From: Nitrososphaerota archaeon
Lineage (GTDB): Archaea > Thermoproteota > Nitrososphaeria > Nitrososphaerales > Nitrosopumilaceae
Direction of reading: 5' to 3'
NCBI GenBank assembly: GCA_028867675.1
Contig: JAGWGA010000001.1
Location: 11,667 to 75,666 of the forward strand
DNA: 64,000 nt
Position numbers and translations under genes: made by a program. Each line of letters begins with the position of its first letter. Positions within the stretch are counted from its first letter, which is position 1. Of this stretch, positions 18,954 to 28,848 are shown one piece after another. The notes under the pieces are model-generated. The model worked only from the letters and a program-made list of their open reading frames with translations. It searched no databases and was not told the origin of the DNA.

Positions 18954-20144
18954 ATGCTAAAGTTTATTACTATCCTGAAGAAAATTCACACCGTGACTAA
19001 GAGATTACTTTTAGCATCAGCAATTTTAGGGTTATTGGTTTTTGGAACAGTTTCACCAATTTGGGCAACTGTTGACTTTAATGCATATCTACCAATTGAA
19101 GGAACACCGATTAATCCTGAATTCAAATTTACAAAGAGTATTGCAATTGATTATTCAGGTGGTGGAAAACTAAAGGATGCATTAATGGGCAAGAATATGA
19201 CAATAGCATTTACTGACACTTCTGATAACAATACAAGTATCAAATCATTCATGGAAGCAATAAACACAGAACTTGCAACAGACAGAAAGACTACAGCAAC
19301 AATGTCCAATTTGAAATTAGATTATCAAGTACAGATTAACGGTGATGATAAAGGTGCTACATTTGACTATAGAATTGTACTTGTTCCCACCATGGTTGGA
19401 TACACCTTGAACAAGGGAACTGGAGACCAGCCCACAGTATTAGACATATCATGGATGGGATTTAATATTAAAAACTCAACAATCATTACAACCAGCCAAT
19501 ACGGAAACTTGGAGATCAATTATCCGTTAGGAGTAATACAGAATCAATTACCAGATGTATACAACTTATTGAAAGGAACTACTGCAGAATCAGCCTTGAA
19601 TTTCAACTTGATAGATGCAAGTGGTCTTGTTGTATACCCAATTGATAAGTGGAATACCCTTTTTGATCCAGCGTATACCCTTTCTGAAACTGCAGGATAT
19701 GGATACGCCGGACAAAAAGTTGCAGTAACAGGTTTTGCATATGGCCAAAGTGATCTTTATCAAGGTCAATTGAAAACCCAAAATATCGATACAGACTTTA
19801 CAGTAGATTCCAAATATCATTTGACTGCAATTGAGAGAGCTAGTTCAGGCACAATAGATGCTGCAGGACATGCAAATGGATACATGGTGCAAGGTACACC
19901 TGCAATTTCTACAACAGCTCAAGCTGGAACTGGTGTAACAAATACAACTGCTCAAGGTCTATCCACCATGACAATATATGCAATGGCAGCATTTGCTGCG
20001 ATCATAGCTGCAGGAGTTTTCTGGTGGAGTAATAGAAAGATGAAAGAAACATTGAAGCGAGGTAAAGACACTAGTCCACCTCCAACATTCCAATATGAAG
20101 AAAGAAAACACTGGGCAGACAAGTTTGACGAAGAAAAGAAGTAA
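18954..20144 (+). CDS. secreted protein with C-terminal TM anchor and charged cytoplasmic tail (hypothetical)
   Basis: Signal/anchor LLLASAILGLLVFGTVSPIWA. C-terminal helix MTIYAMAAFAAIIAAGVFWW followed by a K/E-rich tail. No PEF motif. Confidence 0.55.
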   Translation: MLKFITILKKIHTVTKRLLLASAILGLLVFGTVSPIWATVDFNAYLPIEGTPINPEFKFTKSIAIDYSGGGKLKDALMGKNMTIAFTDTSDNNTSIKSFMEAINTELATDRKTTATMSNLKLDYQVQINGDDKGATFDYRIVLVPTMVGYTLNKGTGDQPTVLDISWMGFNIKNSTIITTSQYGNLEINYPLGVIQNQLPDVYNLLKGTTAESALNFNLIDASGLVVYPIDKWNTLFDPAYTLSETAGYGYAGQKVAVTGFAYGQSDLYQGQLKTQNIDTDFTVDSKYHLTAIERASSGTIDAAGHANGYMVQGTPAISTTAQAGTGVTNTTAQGLSTMTIYAMAAFAAIIAAGVFWWSNRKMKETLKRGKDTSPPPTFQYEERKHWADKFDEEKK

Positions 20145-20179
20145 TCCAAATTATTTTAGAAACATCTTTTTAAAAAATA

Positions 20180-20460
20180 GTGCGCGCCAGCCGTAACCCT
20201 CCTTCTGTTTTTACGATATTACGCTATGCGGCCTACCTAAACAAAGTGCAGCGCTTATTGTTTGATTTGGCCTTTCTCCGCGCGGGACAGATTTTTCATT
20301 CCTTGCTGGAAACCTCAGGCATTACCATCATAGTACGCCAGGTCGGATTTTTTTCTGTGCTGTTGCCAATCATCTCTGATTATCCGTCTCCGGATCGCAC
20401 TTGCTGCATGGAGGGAGGAGTTTCCTCTGCCGTGGCAGTAATCGTTCACCGGCTCGCACC
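20180..20460 (-). ncRNA. rnpB: RNase P RNA (archaeal type)
   Basis: GC-rich island in AT-rich DNA. The minus strand reads 5'-GGUGCGAGCCGG..CUGCCACGGCAGAGGAAACUCCUCC (CR-I-like, consensus GAGGAAAGUCC) ... ACAGAAGGAGGGUUACGGCUGGCGCGCAC-3' (CR-V-like ACAGAA..GGCUUA). The ends pair as P1. TATA-like TAAAATAG is centred about 26 nt upstream of 20460. End coordinates are approximate (about 10 nt). Confidence 0.8.
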
Positions 20461-20621
20461 TGACAAAATGTATCCAATTTGCTATTTTAGCATTGGCTTA
20501 GAGGTACAAATACTAGAATTGTAGATAATAGGCTTTTCCAATCCAGTAAAGTTTGTTCGTATTTACACATAGATACGGGTAGAGATTTATTCGACCATTC
20601 TGCCCTCTCGAATAGATTCAC

Positions 20622-22955
20622 TTGGCACATGATGAACATCATGCTGGACTAGTACGTAGTCTCTCATTATTAGACATAACAATGATCGGTATTGCCGCCA
20701 TGATCGGTGGTGCAATATTCAATCTAGTAGGTCCTGCAATGCATGAAGGAGGTCCATCCCTTCTAATAGTATTTGTTGTCAGCGGAGTAATCAGTTTCTT
20801 TACAGCATTGACATATGCAGAATTAGGATCTGCTTTTCCTGAAGCTGGCGGTGGTTATAGGTGGGTAAGAGAGGGTCTTCCAAGACCAAATGCATTCATC
20901 AGTGGATGGATAGCTTGGTTTGCCCACATGATTGCAGGTAGTTTGTATGCTGTCTCCATTGGAGACTTTGTCGGAAGCCTACTAACAAGTATCGGTGTTG
21001 CAGCCCAATATGGAGGAATTCCAATAGAAAAAATTATTGCAATAATTTCGATAATAATATTCACATATGTAAATTTCAGAGGAGTTTCACTAACTGGGAA
21101 AGTTGGAAATGGACTAACAATTATGCAACTAATAATCATCATAATTCTCATCACATCTGGAATTTACGCAATGGGTTTTGTCAATCATAATTGGGCAGTA
21201 AATTTCCAGCATTTCGTTCCAAAGGGAATCACGGGTTTTATTCTGGCAATGGGAATTACATTTATTGCTTTTGAGGGTTATGAGATAATTGTCCAAGCGG
21301 GCGAAGAAGTAAAGAATCCAAGGAAGAACATTCCAAGGGCAATTTTCATCACGTTAGGAACAGTAACGGTACTTTACGTAGTCTTTACTTTTGTTTTTCT
21401 TGGAGGAATTGATTCTTCAAAACTGGGTAAGGAAGTATGGCAATTCATTGGAGACAATCAAGATGTTGGAATTGCAAAGGCTGCACAGTATCTTTTCCCC
21501 TATGGCACAATTTTGGTTTTTGTTGGAGGAATTGTTTCAAGCATAGCTGCACTTAGTGCCACTACATTTTCTTCAAGTCGTGTATCTTTTGCAATGGGCA
21601 GACAATACAATCTACCATACATATTCAGTGCAGTACATCCAAAATACCATACACCACATTTTGCAGTGATCGCCTCTGGCATTATCATGTTGATAATGGC
21701 ATCATGGCTCCCATTAGAACAAATTGCACTTGTCGCAGGAGTCATGTTTCTTTTTCTTTTCACCCAGGTAAACTGGGCTGGAATTAAGATTCGAAGACTA
21801 TATGGTCACAAACTTGATTATGGATTTAAAATTCCATTATTTCCCCTCATGCCAATCATTGGAATAATTTGTAAAGCCGGACTTGCAGTTTTTCTGTTAA
21901 TTTACAATCCACTAAGTTGGGTGATTGCAATAATTTGGATATTAATAGGATTTTCAGTTTACAAATTATACATATCAAAAAAAGAGATTGAGCATTATGC
22001 TCCATTAGTTGCAAATATTGGCCCATCAGAAAGAAAAAATTATCGCATAATGGTGGTTTTTAATAAAAAAACAATTGAGAAACTTGCCAAGATTGCATCC
22101 ATTATTGCCAAAAACAAAGAAGGGGAGATTTCGCTTCTAAATGTGGCAACAATTCCCCTTCAGATACCGCTTTCAATGGGACATAGATTTGCAGAACCGA
22201 TAATGAAATCATTTGACGAGTTAAAAAAGATGCCAGGTTTTTCAGAATATAGATACTTGGTTAGACTATCTCATGACAACACGGAAGCAATTCTTGCAAC
22301 TGCAGAAGAGCAAGGAATAAACTTGCTCATAATGGACTTTTTCGATCTTAAAAACAATAGAAAGTTACTTTCTCTTGCAACTTGTGATATTTTAGGAGTA
22401 AACATCAAAAAAGAGTTTGAAAAAGAACTTTCCCATGTAGTGGTATCATATGATAAAGGAAGACATTCTGATTTAGGAATTGAAATTGCAAATGCCTTTT
22501 CCAATTCAATTGGAAGTAAGATTCGAATTATACGCGGAGTTGTCGAATCCCCCGAAGAGGAAAGAGACATTCTAGGCAGAATTAATGAAAAAATGTTCGA
22601 TTTAGATCTTAAAAAAGTACCAGTAGAAAGAGTATATCCTACAAGTTCTGAAATCATAAAGGATATTCTAGTGAATTTGAACAAAAACCCCGAAATTGTC
22701 ATAGTGGGGGCAGGAAATCAATCAGAACAAGCATTTAGCCCAAGGACAATAGAGATTGTGGAAAAATCTCTTTACAGCGTATTTGTTGTACGAGATTCAA
22801 GATTTTCAAGCATCAAAGCAAGATACTTTTGGCAAATGATTGCACCGAGATTAAAAGAAAACAGAGTAATTTACAGAATATATCGTAGCACATACAGATT
22901 ACTTCCTAAGAAGAAAGTTATATCAGATGAAGAATATTTTTCACAAAAAATCTAG
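20622..22955 (+). CDS. APC-family amino acid/polyamine permease fused to tandem universal-stress-protein (Usp)-like domains
   Basis: 777 aa. About 12 TM helices with APC-type N-terminus (IGAAMIGGAIF ... ELGSAFPEAGGGYRW). The roughly 300-aa cytoplasmic C-terminus has two alpha/beta repeats of Usp type. TTG start in the track. Confidence 0.75.
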   Translation: MAHDEHHAGLVRSLSLLDITMIGIAAMIGGAIFNLVGPAMHEGGPSLLIVFVVSGVISFFTALTYAELGSAFPEAGGGYRWVREGLPRPNAFISGWIAWFAHMIAGSLYAVSIGDFVGSLLTSIGVAAQYGGIPIEKIIAIISIIIFTYVNFRGVSLTGKVGNGLTIMQLIIIIILITSGIYAMGFVNHNWAVNFQHFVPKGITGFILAMGITFIAFEGYEIIVQAGEEVKNPRKNIPRAIFITLGTVTVLYVVFTFVFLGGIDSSKLGKEVWQFIGDNQDVGIAKAAQYLFPYGTILVFVGGIVSSIAALSATTFSSSRVSFAMGRQYNLPYIFSAVHPKYHTPHFAVIASGIIMLIMASWLPLEQIALVAGVMFLFLFTQVNWAGIKIRRLYGHKLDYGFKIPLFPLMPIIGIICKAGLAVFLLIYNPLSWVIAIIWILIGFSVYKLYISKKEIEHYAPLVANIGPSERKNYRIMVVFNKKTIEKLAKIASIIAKNKEGEISLLNVATIPLQIPLSMGHRFAEPIMKSFDELKKMPGFSEYRYLVRLSHDNTEAILATAEEQGINLLIMDFFDLKNNRKLLSLATCDILGVNIKKEFEKELSHVVVSYDKGRHSDLGIEIANAFSNSIGSKIRIIRGVVESPEEERDILGRINEKMFDLDLKKVPVERVYPTSSEIIKDILVNLNKNPEIVIVGAGNQSEQAFSPRTIEIVEKSLYSVFVVRDSRFSSIKARYFWQMIAPRLKENRVIYRIYRSTYRLLPKKKVISDEEYFSQKI

Positions 22956-22988
22956 TACTAATAAAAATCATTCCATCATTTTAAAGAA

Positions 22989-23483
22989 TCATTGTTCTAG
23001 ACCATATTCTTTCGAAATTCTCTCGACGTCCTCCACGGTTTGTGCAAGGGAATAATCTTCCAACAAATATCGATTTAGATCATAAAATGTATGTCCCCAC
23101 TTGAATTTACCAATAACAGAATTGGCAAGATCTGAATAATCCATAATGTATAGAGCCCCAGCTATTGCCTCAGCAGTTGTAAGTTTACCTATTTTAGAAT
23201 AATTAACAGGATTTCCTGCAAGTAATGGTGGAAGCTTTCTTGACAGACCTACAAAGTTTTTAAGAAACATTTTTTGTGCCTGTTCCCATGAACAGTCAAT
23301 AGCTGTGATCGATTTGGTATGGTCTCGGTCAGATCTTAGAACAAATTCTTTTGCAAACGGATTTAGAATCATATCTTTTCCAGTGAGATGTTTTATGCGT
23401 TTAGCAATACCAAATTTTACAAGTTTGGCAGCTGTACATTTGGCTGGGTCATCCTGCTCAAACATGAGAACTTGAATTTGCAT
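22989..23483 (-). CDS. tsr3: 16S rRNA aminocarboxypropyltransferase Tsr3
   Basis: 164 aa. N-terminal FEQDDPAKCTAAKLVKFG (Tsr3/DUF367 'DPKKCT' box) and conserved AIDCSW. Confidence 0.75.
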   Translation of the reverse strand: MQIQVLMFEQDDPAKCTAAKLVKFGIAKRIKHLTGKDMILNPFAKEFVLRSDRDHTKSITAIDCSWEQAQKMFLKNFVGLSRKLPPLLAGNPVNYSKIGKLTTAEAIAGALYIMDYSDLANSVIGKFKWGHTFYDLNRYLLEDYSLAQTVEDVERISKEYGLEQ

Positions 23484-23532
23484 CTAGTCTCAGTGTATCA
23501 ATCAAGAATAAATTGCTTGAGATTTTGTAAAA

Positions 23533-26500
23533 TTATTTTCCATTATAGGTTACTTGATAGTAGAATCTTGTAACCTGGTCCTTTTTGATTACATTTACGC
23601 TCCACTGTCCATCGGAGATAACATCGTTTGCATTTGCAGGAATAATACTAAATTGTTGTAATCTAATACCAGTACCAGAATAGCCAACAAGGTAATTTGT
23701 ACCATTAATTGCCACTGTCTGATATAACATTCCAGATTGTACAGTAGATTTTGTAACAAGGCAATTTTGATCTTGGCCAATTACACAAGTTCCGTCTTGT
23801 GAGCTAACTTTAACGGTAACATCATTTTCATTCCCAGGATTTATTCTAAGTAGACCATCAAGTTCTCTTGGATGGTATGTCATATTACCAATAGATTGAG
23901 TAGCAAATGTAATAGGTATAACAGAGTCGGATATTTTACCAAGTTTTTCAGTAAAGGTATTTGCAGATACAGCATGTTTTGGAACAGGTCCAATTGTAGA
24001 AGGAATTACTGTTTGAATAGACGGGGTTTGTGTAACATTTGTTGAAGGAACAACTTGTGTTTGGTTTGAAGGAACTGGAACATTTTGAATTGGAAGTTGA
24101 TTTACCACGTTAAAGTCAGCAGTGTATGGTCCAAATGGCACCTGTGCGATTATAGTATATACTCCAATAGGTGCATTATTTGGAATTTTATAATCATAAG
24201 TAAAGGAACCGAATTGATCAAATGGAACAGTAACTTTTGGTACAAAGATTCCTTTTATCGATTTAACTTCGCCCTCACTAATGACTGTGTCATTTTTCAA
24301 ACCAAATGCAAGATCTACGTTATCCAGAGATATTATGGAGCTAGTTCGTCCAGTTACAAGAACAGTCTGACCAGGAATATATTTGTCAGCATCAGTAGTT
24401 ATGAATAGTTGAAGCTTGCCAGAACTTGTTGTAAACGGATCAGATACATTAAATGATGAAATTACTTTATTTGTTGAGTAATCAGCATAAATCTTGTATG
24501 CCCCAGTAGCCCAAATACCAGTATGGAATGGAATTGTGGCATAATACTGTCCGCCTTGGTTGACATTGGCATTACCACGGTATAATTCCTGACCTTGGTT
24601 TGAATATACCAAAATTTGGACCACCGCATTTGCTTCTTGTGTTGCTGAATTTTGTATTGGAATTACTTGACCCCAAATTCTTGCCACATCAGTTGATAGA
24701 TAATCTGTTTTATCAGTCTGGAGGGTGATAGTAGATATATCTTGGTTGGGTTGCGGGTTTTTAGACACTTGGAAGAAAAGTTCAGAATTTGCATGTGCTG
24801 AATTTATAGATATTCGGTATATACCATAAACAGTTAGTGTAGGATCCACTGTGGATGAAGAAGACCTATCAGTGGTTATGATTGCACTACCTGTTGTATC
24901 AGTACTTGGTATAGTCCAAGTCCATGAAAATTGTCCATCGTTTAGATGTAATGGAAATGTGATAAGATTACCCGATGGTCTTGTCAGAGTTAGAGTATAG
25001 GTATCAGTACCAGTGAGTGCTGAAATCTTTCCAGTCAACTGAACGGCATCACCTACGCCGTAAACTTTCTTGTCAGTGCTTACCATTACAGAATTAATTG
25101 AGCCACTTGCAAGCGGGTCATAGACAGTAAAGGTAGTGAATGTAGACAGATTATCAGCATAAGTTGCTTTAAGAGTATAAGTTCCTGGAATATACATTCC
25201 ATTTGAGATGGGCTGTTGGATCTGAAATGCACCATTAGCATCAGGAAATGCAGAATAAGTTAATGGAACAGATGTAGGTACATTCAGATTATTTTTAAAA
25301 CTACCACCACTATTAATCGTCCCACCAGTGGAATCGAGTATTTGTATCGATACAGAAGCTCCTGCATTTTGGGTGGAAAGTTGTACTGGATTTAAAATTT
25401 TACCGATTATAGTCATAGTATCACCAAGAGCATAAACACTTTTGTCGGTAACAATAGTAAATGGAGATGACGAGATTTGAGTCGTTGTGTAATTTGAGGG
25501 ATTTTCCACCACAACAAAGTCAGTCTCTGCAGTACCTTGTGGTAATGTTACAATGGCTCGATAGCTACCTAAACTATCTGAAGTTCCAGGAAGTACAAAA
25601 TTGTATGAGAAAGTGTTATCAGTTTTAAGATTCACCAATGTTTTAATATTTGCAGAATTTGGAACTACGCCACGATTTCCAGAAGTTTGCGTTCCAGCAC
25701 CTCCCGACACAAAAGTTTGTGTTATCTGCAAGCTAGGGGAAAGTCCTACGTTTTGCAATCCCATAAGTTTCGTACTGCCACTGATAACGACTGTTTCACC
25801 TGGAGCATATGCCCTTTTGTCAGTAGATATTACAATTTCATTACTTTGTACACCAGTAGGAATCAACGCAAAAGTGGTAAAATTAGATGCTCCGGCATAA
25901 GTTGCTGCTATTCTGTATATGCCATAAATTGGATTTACACTGTTGATAAGCAATCCAGAGTTTGCTTCACTTCGTTGATATTGATTAACAGTAGTTAATT
26001 TTCCTTGGGAATCTGGAAATAGAGTTCCCTGATAAACCACAACGTTGGTCGGATCGTAAACTTTGTAAACTACAGGAGTTAGTGGAATTACTTTTGAAAC
26101 AGTACCTTGTAGAATAATAGGTTGAGATAACTGATAATTAGAATTGTCTGTTGAGATAGATATTGTTGTAGGAACAATAGCTGCTGGAGGGGCAATAGTG
26201 GTAGAACCAAGTGAAAAGGTAGCAGATGTTTGTACACCACCATAAGATGCAGTTATCGTATATGTTCCCTGAGAAAATCCCAAGAGTTGATCAAGTTTTT
26301 GATAAGTCGAGAACTTCAAATCTGTTGCAGGATATAATGAAAAAGTTTTTTGAAACCCGTGAGGTCCAGAGAGAACAACACTAACAGTCTGCGGAATAGA
26401 AGATACTGCCGAATTTGTTACAATTTGTGATACTTGGCCGTTGATATTTACTACATCATCAAAGACATAGTTTTGTTTATCAGCTGAAACTGATACAGAA

Positions 26501-27030
26501 AGTTGATTTGCAGTAGTAACTACAGGAGGCTTGCCATTTGAAGATCCTGGAGTTCCAGCCTTGAAGATCCAATCATTTTGAGTACCGGTGTCATAACCAT
26601 CATAGATTCTCTGCCAGGTATTACCATCACCTTGTTGATCAGTAAGTGGCGGAGTCTGATCAATTATTGTACCAGTTGAGCTTGTCAGTTGTACTACCGC
26701 TCCAGCAGTTGGGAGCCAATTTGCCACATAGTGATAAGCAATGAATTGTTGACTTTGTATGACAGTTCCTGTAGATATTGTGTAAGCTTGTTTTAATCCA
26801 GTGGTTGCCCCAATTGTCCAACCGCCAATGCTTACAGGAGAATTAGTGGGGTTGTAAATTTCCACCCATTGCAAAGGCTGATGAATATAATCACCCGGTG
26901 GATTGATTTCTATCTCATTTATTACAACATGGTTTGCAATTGGAATTGTTTGGGCACTAGCAGAATAACTTGAACCAATTAAAAGTAAGACTAGAATTCC
27001 TGCAATAAAGTACGGATTAGAGTATTTCAT
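23533..27030 (-). CDS. giant secreted protein: lamin-tail (LTD) domain followed by many Ig-like beta repeats
   Basis: 1165 aa with a signal peptide. LTD signature VVINEIEINPPGD ... WVEIYNPTNSPVSIGGWTI. Recurring approximately 90-100-aa Ser/Thr/Gly/Val-rich repeats with D(K/R)xxYxxGDxV..G motifs. No C-terminal anchor. Confidence 0.75.
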   Translation of the reverse strand: MKYSNPYFIAGILVLLLIGSSYSASAQTIPIANHVVINEIEINPPGDYIHQPLQWVEIYNPTNSPVSIGGWTIGATTGLKQAYTISTGTVIQSQQFIAYHYVANWLPTAGAVVQLTSSTGTIIDQTPPLTDQQGDGNTWQRIYDGYDTGTQNDWIFKAGTPGSSNGKPPVVTTANQLSVSVSADKQNYVFDDVVNINGQVSQIVTNSAVSSIPQTVSVVLSGPHGFQKTFSLYPATDLKFSTYQKLDQLLGFSQGTYTITASYGGVQTSATFSLGSTTIAPPAAIVPTTISISTDNSNYQLSQPIILQGTVSKVIPLTPVVYKVYDPTNVVVYQGTLFPDSQGKLTTVNQYQRSEANSGLLINSVNPIYGIYRIAATYAGASNFTTFALIPTGVQSNEIVISTDKRAYAPGETVVISGSTKLMGLQNVGLSPSLQITQTFVSGGAGTQTSGNRGVVPNSANIKTLVNLKTDNTFSYNFVLPGTSDSLGSYRAIVTLPQGTAETDFVVVENPSNYTTTQISSSPFTIVTDKSVYALGDTMTIIGKILNPVQLSTQNAGASVSIQILDSTGGTINSGGSFKNNLNVPTSVPLTYSAFPDANGAFQIQQPISNGMYIPGTYTLKATYADNLSTFTTFTVYDPLASGSINSVMVSTDKKVYGVGDAVQLTGKISALTGTDTYTLTLTRPSGNLITFPLHLNDGQFSWTWTIPSTDTTGSAIITTDRSSSSTVDPTLTVYGIYRISINSAHANSELFFQVSKNPQPNQDISTITLQTDKTDYLSTDVARIWGQVIPIQNSATQEANAVVQILVYSNQGQELYRGNANVNQGGQYYATIPFHTGIWATGAYKIYADYSTNKVISSFNVSDPFTTSSGKLQLFITTDADKYIPGQTVLVTGRTSSIISLDNVDLAFGLKNDTVISEGEVKSIKGIFVPKVTVPFDQFGSFTYDYKIPNNAPIGVYTIIAQVPFGPYTADFNVVNQLPIQNVPVPSNQTQVVPSTNVTQTPSIQTVIPSTIGPVPKHAVSANTFTEKLGKISDSVIPITFATQSIGNMTYHPRELDGLLRINPGNENDVTVKVSSQDGTCVIGQDQNCLVTKSTVQSGMLYQTVAINGTNYLVGYSGTGIRLQQFSIIPANANDVISDGQWSVNVIKKDQVTRFYYQVTYNGK

Positions 27031-27179
27031 ATGTTATACCATTTCAAAGCCTATATTTGCAATTTTAGGTGTTGATTGTGGAAAAGTTGAGCTAGTTGTT
27101 AATGCCCAATATGCCTCAAAGTGCATAACCAAAAGATCTCTTTCAAGTATTATAAGTCGTACGTAGAATTGATACCAGA

Positions 27180-27440
27180 TTACATCTTTTCTTGTTTATC
27201 AGAATCACAGTTAGGACACTTGTTTTCTTGGATTTTCGCTCCACATGTGACGCATAAACCCTCTCCAACTTCTCTTTCAATCTGTCTTTTTCTCCTTCCA
27301 ACAAATACCTTCATCCCAAAATATACCAGAATTGCAATGATTACTGCGTATACCAAATTCATGTGTGGTAATGCCATCACACCTATCATGATAAACAAAA
27401 CTCCTACAATTAACAAAATATCTCGTTTTTCAAATTTCAA
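27180..27440 (-). CDS. small membrane protein with C-terminal zinc ribbon
   Basis: 86 aa. Two TM helices then CVTCGAKIQENKCPNCD. Confidence 0.5.
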   Translation of the reverse strand: MKFEKRDILLIVGVLFIMIGVMALPHMNLVYAVIIAILVYFGMKVFVGRRKRQIEREVGEGLCVTCGAKIQENKCPNCDSDKQEKM

Positions 27441-27611
27441 TTTAATCTAGGACTAAAACATTTCAATAAATAGATATGCCAGAACTCAGAGTCACTGAAT
27501 TAACATTCATCTCGTGTCATGTCTCTAACTCTTCTTCATCGCCTGGCTATCACCATCAGTCAAAGTCAGATAATAACTAATTGCATTATTAGGTAATTTT
27601 TAGTTAAAACA

Positions 27612-27688
27612 TGGTGGGATCGGCCGGATTTGAACCGACGACCTCAGGTACCCAAAACCCGAATCATACCAAGCTAGACCACGATCCC
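27612..27688 (-). tRNA. tRNA-Pro(UGG), CCA encoded
   Basis: The minus strand reads GGGATCG-TG-GTCT..AGCTTGGTA..TGAT-T-CGGGT-TT TGG GT-ACCTG-AGGTC-GTCGG-TTCAAAT-CCGGC-CGATCCC-A-CCA. All arms pair by hand, with one 13:22 mismatch and G-U pairs. Confidence 0.85.
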
Positions 27689-27773
27689 GATGTGATTGCA
27701 CAAAAATGTCCCCAATTTAATCTTCTCATGCATATGATGATTTTAAATAATAATCAAAATTAAGGCATAATCG

Positions 27774-28664
27774 TTGCAAATCCAAGATTACATCAATGCC
27801 GGAAAGATAGCATCAGAAGTTAGAGAAAACGCCAGAAAGAAGAATCATGTGGGTTCCACATTGGAAGAGATTTGCAATTCAATTGAAAAAGAGATTGAAA
27901 GTAAAGGTGGAAGATGTGCATTTCCAGTCAATGTTAGTCTAAATGAAATTGCTGCACATTATACAGCAGAGCCAAATGATAGAACAGTAGTCAAAGATAC
28001 TGATCTTTTAAAAATTGACTTGGGTGTTCAGATTAATGGTCACATTGCAGATACTGCGGTAACTGTATGCTATGAGCCAAAATATGATTTTCTGGTACAA
28101 GCTGCTGAAGCTGCTCTCAAAGAGGCAATGTCGATCATTCGAGTTGGAACAAAATCAAGTGATGTTGGAAAGACCATAGAGAATACAGTAAAACAGATGG
28201 GCGGCATACCTATTGCAAATCTTAGCGGCCATTCTCTTGAACAATATACGATTCATGCTGGAAAATCTGTTCCAAACATATGGTCAATTGGTTCATTTTC
28301 TTTTCAATCAACAGAAGCATATGCATGTGAGCCATTTGTAACAACGCCAGAAGGTTCAGGCTTTGTAAGAGAAGGCAAAATCAGAAATATTTTTTCTCTT
28401 GTTACAAGAAAAAGAACAAAGGATGACGATGCTAACAAAATGATTGATTTCATATGGCAGAAATTTAACATGTTGCCCTTTGCCTTAAGGTGGTTTATCC
28501 CAGAATACAATGAAAAGACTGCAAGAGAGTTACTTGAAAAATTAATAAAAAATAAAGTTGTCAGATCTTATCCAATACTAGTTGAAGCAAATGAACAAAG
28601 AGTAGCTCAAGCAGAGCACACGTTTATCCCCCAAGAAAATGGGGTCATCGTAACTACGATTTGA
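27774..28664 (+). CDS. map: methionine aminopeptidase, type 2 (archaeal)
   Basis: 296 aa. AAHYTA, DLGVQINGHIADTA and AEHTF motifs carry the metal ligands of MetAP2. TTG start. Confidence 0.9.
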   Translation: MQIQDYINAGKIASEVRENARKKNHVGSTLEEICNSIEKEIESKGGRCAFPVNVSLNEIAAHYTAEPNDRTVVKDTDLLKIDLGVQINGHIADTAVTVCYEPKYDFLVQAAEAALKEAMSIIRVGTKSSDVGKTIENTVKQMGGIPIANLSGHSLEQYTIHAGKSVPNIWSIGSFSFQSTEAYACEPFVTTPEGSGFVREGKIRNIFSLVTRKRTKDDDANKMIDFIWQKFNMLPFALRWFIPEYNEKTARELLEKLIKNKVVRSYPILVEANEQRVAQAEHTFIPQENGVIVTTI

Positions 28665-28848
28665 TGGACTCGCCGAAGATTTTAGATATAATAATTTGTC
28701 CATTACCGCAGGAAGTGCATTTTTCCAGAATTTTAAAGACATAATCCCCTTCCTTGAATTGTCGTTTTGATGTTTTATTGCAGCTATTGCATTGTTCTAC
28801 AGTGTAAGGGTCAAGCAACTCTTCTTTTTTCTTGAAGGGATTCTTCAT
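28654..28848 (-). CDS. small zinc-ribbon protein
   Basis: I prefer the internal ATG 28848 (MKNPFKKKEELL...), which forms an ATGA overlap with the upstream stop. Contains CNSCNK ... CTSCGNG (two CxxC pairs). Confidence 0.5.
   Translation of the reverse strand: MKNPFKKKEELLDPYTVEQCNSCNKTSKRQFKEGDYVFKILEKCTSCGNGQIIISKIFGESIKS

Noticed and set aside
20180-20524. 114-aa ORF (MRASRNPPSVFTILRYAAYLNK...)
   Set aside because: It lies exactly over the GC-rich RNase P RNA gene on the opposite strand. GTG start and odd composition. The open frame is explained by the scarcity of AT-rich stop codons in GC-rich RNA genes.
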